In this document: positions 1 to 7,892 of the stretch, piece by piece | How positions within the stretch are numbered: position 1 is the first letter of the stretch | How the letters are laid out: every line of letters begins with the position of its first letter | NCBI GenBank assembly: GCA_049599475.1 | Contig: JBMYOQ010000099.1 | Coordinates: forward strand, 1-13,620 | Direction of reading: 5' to 3' | DNA from: Opitutales bacterium | GTDB lineage: Bacteria; Verrucomicrobiota; Verrucomicrobiia; Opitutales; JABSRG01 | DNA length: 13,620 bases | Position numbers and translations under genes: made by a program | Notes under the pieces: model-generated | What the model was told of the DNA's origin: nothing | The model's database searches: none | The model's input: the letters and a program-made list of their open reading frames with translations, nothing else

Positions 1-52
1 ATCTTGTTTATCGGCATACGCATCCAGCGTTCCCGATAAACTCCCATGTCAT

Positions 53-832
53 CTAAATCACCACCCGAAGCCCGTCCCAGGAGAGATTAATCCCGTCCGG
101 TAACTCGGCATCGACAGTCGCGTGATCGACAGTCCCCGCCATGTGAGTAAACCATGTTTGCTGGCCCCCGATCTCCTTTGCCGCTTCTACCGCCTGTTCG
201 AAGTTCATGTGGCTGGGGTGCCATTTCTCGCGAAGTCCGTCCAAGACTACACATTCTGCGCCTTTCGCGAGTGTCACGCCTTCCTCGGGGACTCCAGAGC
301 AATCTGTGAAATAAGCGAAGCGCTTGCCGCTGGAGGCTTCGGTGAATACCAACCCGAGCACGTCATACCCGCCGTGAGGCAGGGTGAGGCTTTCGATCGT
401 GCCCTCAGGGAATTCGAGCTTTTGCGGCATCTGATGAATGACGAATGCCGGGTAGCCCTTGATCTTTGGTTTATCCAGAATTGCGTAGGGATACATCGCT
501 TTCACCCGTCGCTCACCTTCTGGATTTGTGTAGACCGGCATTGCTTCGTTGCCCATCAAATCACAGAAACGGCGCATATCATCCATGCCCGCAATGTGGT
601 CAGCGTGGCCATGGGTCAGAATAAAAGTATCAATCCAATCGATCTTATTCTTCACGCATTGAAGTCGAAACTCGGGTCCTGCATCCACCTGAATATGGCG
701 TCCGTCCATCACCACATGCACCGATGCACGCATGCGCCAGTTTTTTGGATTATCTAAATCAATGAGGCCCTCAGGCTGCGCGATCACGGGCACTCCGGTC
801 GATGTGCCTGTTCCTAGAAAAACGACCTCCAT
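53..832 (-). CDS. MBL-fold metallo-hydrolase, PhnP-like phosphodiesterase family
   Basis: 259 aa. N-terminal FLGTGTSTGVP, metal-binding HxHxDH (THGHADH), LPHG, YFTD and the C-terminal SH and THM motifs are typical of PhnP/YycJ-like MBL hydrolases. Its ATG directly follows the ruvX stop (TAA-ATG). Confidence 0.9.
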   Translation of the reverse strand: MEVVFLGTGTSTGVPVIAQPEGLIDLDNPKNWRMRASVHVVMDGRHIQVDAGPEFRLQCVKNKIDWIDTFILTHGHADHIAGMDDMRRFCDLMGNEAMPVYTNPEGERRVKAMYPYAILDKPKIKGYPAFVIHQMPQKLEFPEGTIESLTLPHGGYDVLGLVFTEASSGKRFAYFTDCSGVPEEGVTLAKGAECVVLDGLREKWHPSHMNFEQAVEAAKEIGGQQTWFTHMAGTVDHATVDAELPDGINLSWDGLRVVI

Positions 833-1300
833 TTAGTCGAGGTCCTCCATGTCGAGGGCACCGCAACCATCGCCTAAGCCACCCAGTGCCGGATAGCGTT
901 GATCCAAAAAGTCTTGGAGAATCAAAGTGGCCGCACGTGAATCGACTTCGCCTGATTTGCGGTCCCATTTCTGATTCATCGAGCGGAGTTGAGTCTCCAC
1001 CTGATGGCTCGTGAGACGCTCGTCGACACGGTGAATCGGCAGTTCGATCCCGGCCTTCTTGAGTGCCTCGACAAAGGCATCGACTTCCTTGGCTTTGAAG
1101 CCCACTGAGCCATCCATATTGTAAGGATACCCAATCACAATCTCGCGAATGCGGCGCTCGGTGATTACCTTCTGGATGTGGGCAATGCGCTCGAGTTTTT
1201 TGGCTTCGGTCGCTGCAGGTAGCGGGGTAGCCACGGCTAATTCATCGCCGAAAGCTAAGCCAACGCGCTTCTCGCCATAGTCTATCCCAAGAGTGTTCAT
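833..1300 (-). CDS. ruvX: Holliday junction resolvase-like / pre-16S rRNA nuclease RuvX (YqgF)
   Basis: 155 aa. Motifs LGIDYGEKRVGLA, VIGYPYNMDG, VDERLTS and VDSRAATLILQ are the YqgF signature. Confidence 0.95.
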   Translation of the reverse strand: MNTLGIDYGEKRVGLAFGDELAVATPLPAATEAKKLERIAHIQKVITERRIREIVIGYPYNMDGSVGFKAKEVDAFVEALKKAGIELPIHRVDERLTSHQVETQLRSMNQKWDRKSGEVDSRAATLILQDFLDQRYPALGGLGDGCGALDMEDLD

Positions 1301-1306
1301 CCTGGG

Positions 1307-1335
1307 AAATTGAGACTAAGCCGCGCAACTGGCAA
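1307..1335 (-). promoter_or_regulatory. Candidate sigma70 promoter for ruvX-phnP (possibly leaderless)
   Basis: Minus strand reads TTGCCA (1330-1335), 17-nt spacer, CAATTT (1307-1312), 6 nt, then the ATG at 1300. No SD sequence. Pattern match only. Confidence 0.4.
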
Positions 1336-1404
1336 GCCGCCGAATGAATATATCTCGCTATTGGAACTGAGCGCGCGCGTTCACCAAAGCGCGTGGATTG
1401 AAAT

Positions 1405-3282
1405 TTATCGCGAGCTGTTAAAAAAGTCTTCTTCTTCCCATTCGGCATCGTCCGCCTGTGAGTTGCTCAATTTGACTGTTTTTACCTCAGCCGCTGAGCT
1501 CGATTTAGAAACAGGTTTTGGTTTTTCCCAGGTATTTGTTGAGCTCTGAGACGGCGCTTGAGTTCCGGGCGCTTTATCCCTGCGGACCAATGCGGACAGG
1601 TCTCCAGTACATTGCTTCAGGGCGCCCGTTTGATTCATGAGTTCTTGTGATGAGGCTGCCAACTCTTCCGAAGTGGCTGCATTTTGTTGAATTGAACTAT
1701 CGACTTCCTCAACGGCCTTAGAGATCTGTTCGATGCCCTCTGCTTGCTCGCTGGAAGATGTGCTGATCTGGTCGACGAGTGAATTGATACGCTCCAAAAT
1801 TTCACTGTTTTCTTCCAATCCTTCTACAACGATCCCGTTCAGTTCGGAGGCTTCTAGGATCTGTTTGTGCGAGGTTCCGATCAGAGTGCCTGTGTTTGCA
1901 GCAGCTTCAGCGGCTTTCATCGCGAGGCTCCTGACTTCCTCGGCTACGACGGCGAAACCTGCCCCGGATTCGCCCGCGCGTGCCGCTTCGACTGCGGCGT
2001 TTAGGGCGAGAATATTGGTTTGAAAAGCGATCTCGTCGATGGTCTTGACGATTTTCGCAGTTTCTTCGCTCGCAGAAACGGTCCCTTCAATAGCTTCCAT
2101 CATCTTGCGATTGTTCTCTTCGATTTTGTCAAAACTGCTTTTTCCCTCGTTTGCCATGAGCTGTCTCGCCTGAACGGCGTGCTCTGCGTTGCTATGGGTT
2201 GTGGCCGTGAGCTCTTCTAGGGATGCGGACGTTTCCTCGAGCGAAGAGGCGACTTGAGCGGAAATAGTCGCTATTTGCTGGCTAGCGGAGGTTAATTGTT
2301 CAGACGCTTGGGAGACTTCCAGAGAGCTATCTTTCAGGCTGTCGACTACCGTTGTGACCGGACTATTGATGCTTCGAATGCAAAAATAAGAGAAGGCGAT
2401 CGCGAGTGTTCCGGCGGTTATCAGGAGTATCCAAGTAAATTTTACGCCGGTTGCATGGACCTCTTCTGTCTGTTGGCGCCTGGCTAATACAGATTCGTTC
2501 ACTTCTGCGGAAATGGTTTTAATTGAGGCCTCAATTTCATGAGCTGCCGATCGCATTTTCGGGTAAGCTTCGAGCATTACGAAAGTGGTCGATGCCAAGT
2601 CTTCGAAACGTTCTTGGTACGCTTGCATGCCGCTTTTTAGTTTTTGTTGAAGCTCTTCATTGATGCTGTCGGGGATGTCTTCGTGAAATTGTTGCGTTAC
2701 CTTCTCGCCGCGTCCCACGTATTTCGCATCATGCCTTGCAATAAAGTCTTTCTCATGGCGGCGCATCATCAAGTAGTGGACCATGAGAGTATCCGCGCCC
2801 GATTCCTTAATGTTCGCCTCCAGTGCATGGGCCAATTTACGCATTTCCCCGTGGATTCCCGTATCCTTGTCCCCAAGGGCTAGCACCTGATCGACGACCC
2901 CTTGAAATCCTCCGGAATAGATTTCAGCATCTGCCTTAATTTATTGAGATTCTGCAACGACGCCCGCTAAGTTTAGGTCTTGGCCCAATCGGTGAAGAAA
3001 GTCGGCCTGCGTATTCAGGTCGTCCAGAGTCGTTGCCATGCGATCTACATATTTTGTATCTGTCCTCGCAATGAAGTCTTTTTCGTGACGACGCGCAGTC
3101 AGGAGATCGAGGTGAATTTCAGCAGCCTTTTGTTCGGCTAATATATATCCATCTAACAATCGCTCAGTGGATTCCGCTGATGATTGCATAGTTATCAGCG
3201 ACTTTGCGCTGATTCCAATCATCAGCAGTACTAGGATGCTAAAGGATGATATGAGTTTGAATTTGATCGTTCTGGACTTCAT
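1405..3282 (-). pseudogene. Methyl-accepting chemotaxis protein interrupted by an in-frame TAA at 2941-2943 (nonsense allele or sequencing error)
   Basis: ORFs 2941..3282 and 1405..2886 share a frame and the 18 codons between them are open (..[28 protein letters not shown]..). The joined product is about 625 aa: TM1, periplasmic sensor with two [10 protein letters not shown] repeats, TM2, and the MCP signalling hairpin [40 protein letters not shown]. Confidence 0.88.
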
Positions 3283-3424
3283 TTGAGATAGGGCGTCTTT
3301 TTTTAAGGTCGGTTTCAGTTTCGGGAAAACTTCTATACGCTCGGTCGCGATTACCAGAGGTTGAGTGGGCTTTCACAATTGTTACATTTCTCCGCAGGTC
3401 CCTTGGGTGTTTCACTGCAAAATC

Positions 3425-3452
3425 TTGACGCCAACTCCGCGCCGTTGATGCT
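3425..3452 (+). promoter_or_regulatory. Candidate sigma70 promoter for tgt (possibly leaderless)
   Basis: TTGACG (3425-3430), 16-nt spacer, GATGCT (3447-3452), 6 nt, then the ATG at 3459. No SD sequence. Pattern match only. Confidence 0.4.
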
Positions 3453-3458
3453 CCGCGT

Positions 3459-4601
3459 ATGCAGGATTCTGGCTTTCAGCTGTTAAACACGGATGCACAC
3501 ACCGAGGCGCGTCGCGGACGCGTGACTACGCAACATGGCGTGATCGAGACTCCGATCTTCATGCCCGTAGGCACCCAGGCGACTGTGAAAGCTGTCTTCC
3601 CATGGACGCTTGAGGAGATTCAGGCGCAGATTATTTTGGGTAATACCTACCATCTCAACTTGCGTCCAACCTCAGAGCTGGTGAAGCAGATGGGCGGGCT
3701 GCATCATTTTATGCAGTGGAAAGGTCCCATCCTGACCGATAGCGGCGGCTTTCAGGTGTTTTCCTTGGCCAAGTTGCGCACGATGAAGGAAGACGGTGTG
3801 GAGTTTAAATCCCACTTAGATGGCCGGAAAATTTTCCTCGGACCGAAGGAGTCCCTGGACATCCAAAACAATTTGGGTAGCGACATCCACATGGTGCTCG
3901 ATGAGTGCCCGCCGTTTCCCTGTGAAAAACAGGATTGTGCGGCGGCGGTAAACCGGACTCTACGCTGGGCCAAAGTCTCCAAGGAATATGCTGAGCAAAT
4001 TGGCGTATTTGAAAAGGGCAACCAGGTCTTCGGTATTGTCCAAGGCTCTACCTATGAGGATCTCAGGCGCCAATGCGCGGAGCAGTTGGCGGAGATGGAT
4101 TTCCCGGGATATGCGATTGGGGGAGTCAGCGTCGGCGAACCTGAGCCGGAGATGTTGGCGCAGATCGAAATGACCGTTCCCTTCATGCCGACCGATAAGC
4201 CACGCTACGCCATGGGCATCGGCACACCGACTCAGCTTCTCAAAATGATCGCACGCGGCGTGGATATGTTTGACTGCGTAATGCCCTCGCGGGCGGCGCG
4301 TCACGGCACGGCCTATACACCTTGGGGCAAGGTGAATATCCGCAATGAGCGCTTCAAGTATGACGAGACGCCACTCGTCCCTGGGCTGGATAACTCAGCG
4401 CAACGCTTCTCAAAATCGTATCTCCGCCACCTCATCGTAGCCGGTGAGCCCCTCGGAGGCATGCTGCTTACCCTGCACAATCTCCATTTCTACCTCGATC
4501 TCATGCGCCAAGCGCGCGAACACATCGAGGCGGGAGACTACGCGACCTGGCACAAAGAATGGATCGAACGCTTCGAATCCGGCGACGGCACCCCGATCTA
4601 G
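3459..4601 (+). CDS. tgt: Queuine/preQ1 tRNA-guanine(34) transglycosylase
   Basis: 380 aa. Motifs TPIFMPVGT, LGNTYHL, ILTDSGGFQVFSL, LDEC, GIVQG, GGVSVGE, PRYAMG, GVDMFDCVMP and LHNL. The CxCxxC zinc motif is absent. Confidence 0.97.
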   Translation: MQDSGFQLLNTDAHTEARRGRVTTQHGVIETPIFMPVGTQATVKAVFPWTLEEIQAQIILGNTYHLNLRPTSELVKQMGGLHHFMQWKGPILTDSGGFQVFSLAKLRTMKEDGVEFKSHLDGRKIFLGPKESLDIQNNLGSDIHMVLDECPPFPCEKQDCAAAVNRTLRWAKVSKEYAEQIGVFEKGNQVFGIVQGSTYEDLRRQCAEQLAEMDFPGYAIGGVSVGEPEPEMLAQIEMTVPFMPTDKPRYAMGIGTPTQLLKMIARGVDMFDCVMPSRAARHGTAYTPWGKVNIRNERFKYDETPLVPGLDNSAQRFSKSYLRHLIVAGEPLGGMLLTLHNLHFYLDLMRQAREHIEAGDYATWHKEWIERFESGDGTPI

Positions 4602-4614
4602 ATGGGGGGTGGGT

Positions 4615-4656
4615 CTCACGCTCGCCTCGCTTAAGCAGCAAAGACGCAAAGCTGAT
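4615..4656. repeat. Left 42-bp inverted repeat flanking the GxxExxY gene
   Basis: CTCACGCTCGCCTCGCTTAAGCAGCAAAGACGCAAAGCTGAT. It matches the reverse complement of 5103-5144 at 40/42 positions (mismatches 4622/5137 and 4626/5133). Confidence 0.95.
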
Positions 4657-4668
4657 GAGGTTGAGAGT

Positions 4669-5052
4669 CTACATGCCGTTTGCAACGCGCTTGATACCCT
4701 CCTTCATGAGAGGTGCACCAAAATTGAGTAATAACCCGAGTCTAATGTTGGTGAGTCTTAGGTAGGTAAATAGCTGTTTTGAATGAATCTTGTGCATCTG
4801 TTCTACAGATTTGAGTTCTAGAAGTACACACTCATTCACTACAAGATCGGCTCGAAAACCTTCTTCAAACACAATGCCCTCGTAATTTATTTCTACGGGC
4901 ACCTGGCGTTTAACGTCCATGCCGCGTGACACCAGCTCTCGTTCCAAAACTACTTCGTAAACGGATTCAAGTAGCCCCGGCCCTAGGCGGGAATGCACTT
5001 TAACTGCTGAATCTACAATGACTGAACTAACTTGATTTTCATCGCCTCTCAT
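4669..5052 (-). CDS. GxxExxY family protein (PD-(D/E)XK nuclease superfamily)
   Basis: Motifs VHSRLGPGLLESVYE (GxxExxY), RADLVV...LLELK (D...ExK), QLFTYL and GLLLNF. The ATG at 5052 (127 aa, MRGDENQVS) is preferred over the TTG at 5088. Confidence 0.93.
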   Translation of the reverse strand: MRGDENQVSSVIVDSAVKVHSRLGPGLLESVYEVVLERELVSRGMDVKRQVPVEINYEGIVFEEGFRADLVVNECVLLELKSVEQMHKIHSKQLFTYLRLTNIRLGLLLNFGAPLMKEGIKRVANGM

Positions 5053-5102
5053 TGGCTGATAGACGATGAAATGTTCGCGAGATCCCAAAAAATTTCAGCT
5101 GT

Positions 5103-5144
5103 ATCAGCTTTGCGTCTTTGCTGCTTAAGCGAAGCGGGCGTGAG
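5103..5144. repeat. Right 42-bp inverted repeat flanking the GxxExxY gene
   Basis: ATCAGCTTTGCGTCTTTGCTGCTTAAGCGAAGCGGGCGTGAG, the reverse complement of 4615-4656 with 2 mismatches. Confidence 0.95.
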
Positions 5145-5182
5145 GCATAAAACCACTCCAAGCGATCTTTCACATCCTCCCC

Positions 5183-5827
5183 TCAGACCTCTTCGCCGGT
5201 CAATAGATAGATGACGTCTTCGGCCAGGTTCTTCGCGTGGTCGCCGATGCGTTCGATCGATTTGGAGATTAGGATCGTCTCGACACAGGTGGTGTTCGAT
5301 TCGGTATCGCCATTGGCACTCGATACGAGGGTTTGAAAGTTTGATTTATGAAGACGGTCGACTGCTTTATCGCGCTTGATGACGGTGTAGGCTTTTTCGG
5401 CATCTTCTTCGATCAGTGATGCGATCGCGTCATTCATCATCTCGAAAGCGATCACGCTCATGTCTCCGATTTCAGCCGTTTCCTTGATAATGCCGTCACG
5501 CTTGAGGATGTTGCGGGTATTCTTGGCGATGGAGTGGGCTTCGTCGCCTGCGCGTTCGAGGTTTCGGCTCGCTTTGATCGCTACGAGTGTAAGTCGGACA
5601 TCTGTAGAAACGGGCGAGCGAAGGGTGATGTATCGGACGGACTCGCGGTCGATTTGACCCTCCAGTTCATCGATCTCATCGTCCATATCAAAGGCTTCTT
5701 GGGCGAGATCGATGTTACTGGTTAGAAAACTGTCTACGGCGGTGCTGCCTGCTTTGCTGGCTTTCTCGCAGATCAATACAAGTTTACTTCGGATTTCTTC
5801 CAGTTCGCTGTGAAAATATCGTTTCAT
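5183..5827 (-). CDS. phoU: Phosphate signalling complex protein PhoU
   Basis: 214 aa with two PhoU repeats (DDEIDELE...LERAGDEA and DKAVDRL...IERIGDHAKNLAE). It is the last gene of the pst operon. Confidence 0.95.
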   Translation of the reverse strand: MKRYFHSELEEIRSKLVLICEKASKAGSTAVDSFLTSNIDLAQEAFDMDDEIDELEGQIDRESVRYITLRSPVSTDVRLTLVAIKASRNLERAGDEAHSIAKNTRNILKRDGIIKETAEIGDMSVIAFEMMNDAIASLIEEDAEKAYTVIKRDKAVDRLHKSNFQTLVSSANGDTESNTTCVETILISKSIERIGDHAKNLAEDVIYLLTGEEV

Positions 5828-5862
5828 CTGAGCACGGTTGAACGTTTATGGTTAGCAGAAAA

Positions 5863-6648
5863 TTAGCCGAAGCGTCCGGATATGTACGCTTCTGTTTGAG
5901 GATCGTTCGGGTTCATGAAGATCGTGTCCGTGAGGTCATACTCGATGAGTTTCCCGAGATAGAAAAATGCCGTCCGGTCGGATACGCGCCCGGCCTGTTG
6001 CATGTTGTGAGTGACGATGACGATGGTGTATTCCTTTTTGAGGCCGTGGATGAGTTCCTCTACCTTAGCTGTTGCAATCGGGTCCAGCGCTGAGCACGGC
6101 TCGTCCATGAGGAGAATTTTCGGTTTCACGGCTAGCGCCCGAGCGATGCATAGACGCTGCTGCTGTCCACCGGACAACCCAAGCGCACTTTCGTGCAAGC
6201 GGTCTTTTACCTCATCCCAGAGGGCAGCTGAGCGCAGCGTATCTTCTACAACCTCATCGAGGGCCCGTTTATTCTTTTCACCCTGAATACGAAGACCGTA
6301 GGCAATGTTGTCGTAAATCGATTTCGGGAATGGGTTCGATTTCTGGAAAACCATCCCGACGTATTTTCGCAATTCAATGACATCGACCTCTTCGCTGTAG
6401 ATGTCCACGCCATCAATCTTGATGGATCCGCTTTTAATGTGTGCGCTATCAATCAGATCATTCATGCGATTGAAGCAGCGTAGAAAGGTCGATTTACCAC
6501 AACCAGAAGGGCCAATGAAGGCCGTGACCTCCTTTTCATGGATGTCCAGGTTGATCTCTTGGAGGGCAGTCTTCGAGCCGTACGCGAAATTTAAATCGCG
6601 GATTTCGATAACGGGATTGGCTGACTCTGTGGGCTCGCTTAAATACAT
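5863..6648 (-). CDS. pstB: Phosphate ABC transporter ATP-binding protein
   Basis: Walker [28 protein letters not shown], signature [13 protein letters not shown], Walker [20 protein letters not shown] and terminal YISGRFG. Start moved to the ATG at 6648 because the longer ORF overlaps pstA. A GTG at 6684 is an alternative start. Confidence 0.96.
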   Translation of the reverse strand: MYLSEPTESANPVIEIRDLNFAYGSKTALQEINLDIHEKEVTAFIGPSGCGKSTFLRCFNRMNDLIDSAHIKSGSIKIDGVDIYSEEVDVIELRKYVGMVFQKSNPFPKSIYDNIAYGLRIQGEKNKRALDEVVEDTLRSAALWDEVKDRLHESALGLSGGQQQRLCIARALAVKPKILLMDEPCSALDPIATAKVEELIHGLKKEYTIVIVTHNMQQAGRVSDRTAFFYLGKLIEYDLTDTIFMNPNDPQTEAYISGRFG

Positions 6649-6677
6649 GCTTCTATCTGCTATAGATTTCGCTTTGG

Positions 6678-7883
6678 CTACCACTTGTATAGCCTCCGCA
6701 AGCGCATACGCAGTAAAATACTGCTGAGTGCGAAACTCCCAACGATGAACAAGAAGACGAAGGCTGCGCCATATTGCATGTCGCGGGTGTATTCGTTCTG
6801 GGGAATTTTTGAGCTGACCACGTAGATGTGATACGGCAATGCCATCACACCTTGGAAAAAGAAATCCGTCCATTTACCCAGCCCCTCCCAAGGAAGTTGG
6901 TCGCGTAGGGCGAAGGCAGCGGTAAACATGATGGGCGCGGTCTCTCCGGCTACACGGGCAATCCCCATGATGGAGGAGGTCAGAATCCCCGGCATCGCAT
7001 AGGGGAGTACGTTTGTTCGGATGGTCGTCCACTTACTGGCTCCCAAGGCCAGGGAGCCTTCGCGAAAGCTCTTGGGAATCGCGCGCATGGATTCCTCGCT
7101 GGTGGTGATAATGACAGGAAGGGCCATGATCGCGAGAGTGCACCAACCGGCGATGAGGGAGACACCCCACCCGAAGAAGAGCACAAACATCCCAAAGCCG
7201 AAAAGGCCGAACACGATGGACGGTACGCCTGAGAGGTTGAGAATTGAGAGGCGGATGAGCTGCAGGGTCCGGCCTGGGCGGCTATACTCGCTCAGATAAA
7301 TGGCGCAGAGGACTCCGAGAGTCAGCGCGATTGCAATGGAACCTAGGACGAGCAGGCAGGTGCCGATGATGGCAGGGCCAATGCCCCCGCCGCTGTAGGC
7401 GTAGTTGTTGTAGATGTAATCATCATTAGAAGGCGCTTCTGCGAGTGCGCGGAATTCGGTGTCGCTGAATCGGAGGCGTCCGGCCTTTCGCTCTTCGTCG
7501 AGAATTGCGTGGGATTTTTTGAGCTCGTTCAGCGTCGCTTGGAGCGTGGAACTTTTCTCGAGGTCACTCTGCCCTAGGTCTTTGATCGTTCTGCGTAGAA
7601 TGAGTTGATCTCGCTTGTTACCCTCCAGCTCATCGTAAATCTCGCGCGGTTCGAAAACGTGTAGGGTCTGGGGCTTTTGAGTGAGAAAATCGATATTGAT
7701 GAACGGGGCTTGGGCGGTGAAGACTGCTTTTGACCCATTAAACGCGATATTCGCAAAAATGTAGGCTGCACTCAGGATGACGAGGTAGGTAGCCAAGCGA
7801 AAGCCCCAGTGAATGAGACTTTCGTAGGCACGGCGTTTGGAGCGACGACGCGTGAAGGGCAGGGGTTGTTTATGTTCCGGCAT
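6678..7883 (-). CDS. pstA: Phosphate ABC transporter permease PstA (with about 90-aa insertion)
   Basis: 401 aa. Motifs [33 protein letters not shown]-type loop [12 protein letters not shown] and ARVAGETAP. Confidence 0.94.
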   Translation of the reverse strand: MPEHKQPLPFTRRRSKRRAYESLIHWGFRLATYLVILSAAYIFANIAFNGSKAVFTAQAPFINIDFLTQKPQTLHVFEPREIYDELEGNKRDQLILRRTIKDLGQSDLEKSSTLQATLNELKKSHAILDEERKAGRLRFSDTEFRALAEAPSNDDYIYNNYAYSGGGIGPAIIGTCLLVLGSIAIALTLGVLCAIYLSEYSRPGRTLQLIRLSILNLSGVPSIVFGLFGFGMFVLFFGWGVSLIAGWCTLAIMALPVIITTSEESMRAIPKSFREGSLALGASKWTTIRTNVLPYAMPGILTSSIMGIARVAGETAPIMFTAAFALRDQLPWEGLGKWTDFFFQGVMALPYHIYVVSSKIPQNEYTRDMQYGAAFVFLFIVGSFALSSILLRMRLRRLYKW

Positions 7884-7892
7884 CGTTCGAAA

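Larger units (their letters stand above)
4615..5144. mobile_element. Putative IR-bounded GxxExxY nuclease cassette (530 bp)
   Basis: A single nuclease-family gene of lower GC (about 44% by hand count over 4681-5040, versus about 58-62% in two sampled 60-nt lines of tgt), enclosed by long inverted repeats and lying between convergent housekeeping genes. No target-site duplication is visible, and mobility is inferred. Confidence 0.5.

Noticed and set aside
1..47. Possible start of a downstream minus-strand gene (MGVYRERWMRMPINK)
   Set aside because: Only 15 codons are visible before the window edge, too few to support a call.
122..757. 211-aa plus-strand ORF
   Set aside because: Antisense shadow of the PhnP-like gene.
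1373..1394. CGCGC...GCGCG hairpin downstream of the MCP
   Set aside because: Short stem with a large loop and no U-tract, so it is not a convincing terminator.
3305..3336. Possible sigma28 promoter for the MCP (AGAAGTTT...ACCGACCT on the minus strand)
   Set aside because: Both boxes are degenerate and the spacing is 13 nt instead of about 11.
3372..3386. Imperfect palindrome around ACAATTGT in the MCP/tgt divergent region
   Set aside because: Only 8 bp are perfect, which cannot be distinguished from chance without comparative data.
4600..5160. Classical IS element or CRISPR interpretation of the repeats
   Set aside because: There is no DDE, HUH or recombinase gene and no target-site duplication. 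There are only two copies, in inverted orientation, with no spacer array.
4410..5214. ORFs 4410..4685 (-) and 5032..5214 (+), both containing SALRLCCLSEA
   Set aside because: The shared peptide is simply the translation of the two inverted repeats, and both ORFs overlap real genes on the opposite strand.
6649..6873. 75-aa N-terminal extension of PstB in the ORF track
   Set aside because: It overlaps the pstA 3' end by about 200 nt and does not resemble PstB. The ATG at 6648 gives a normal length.
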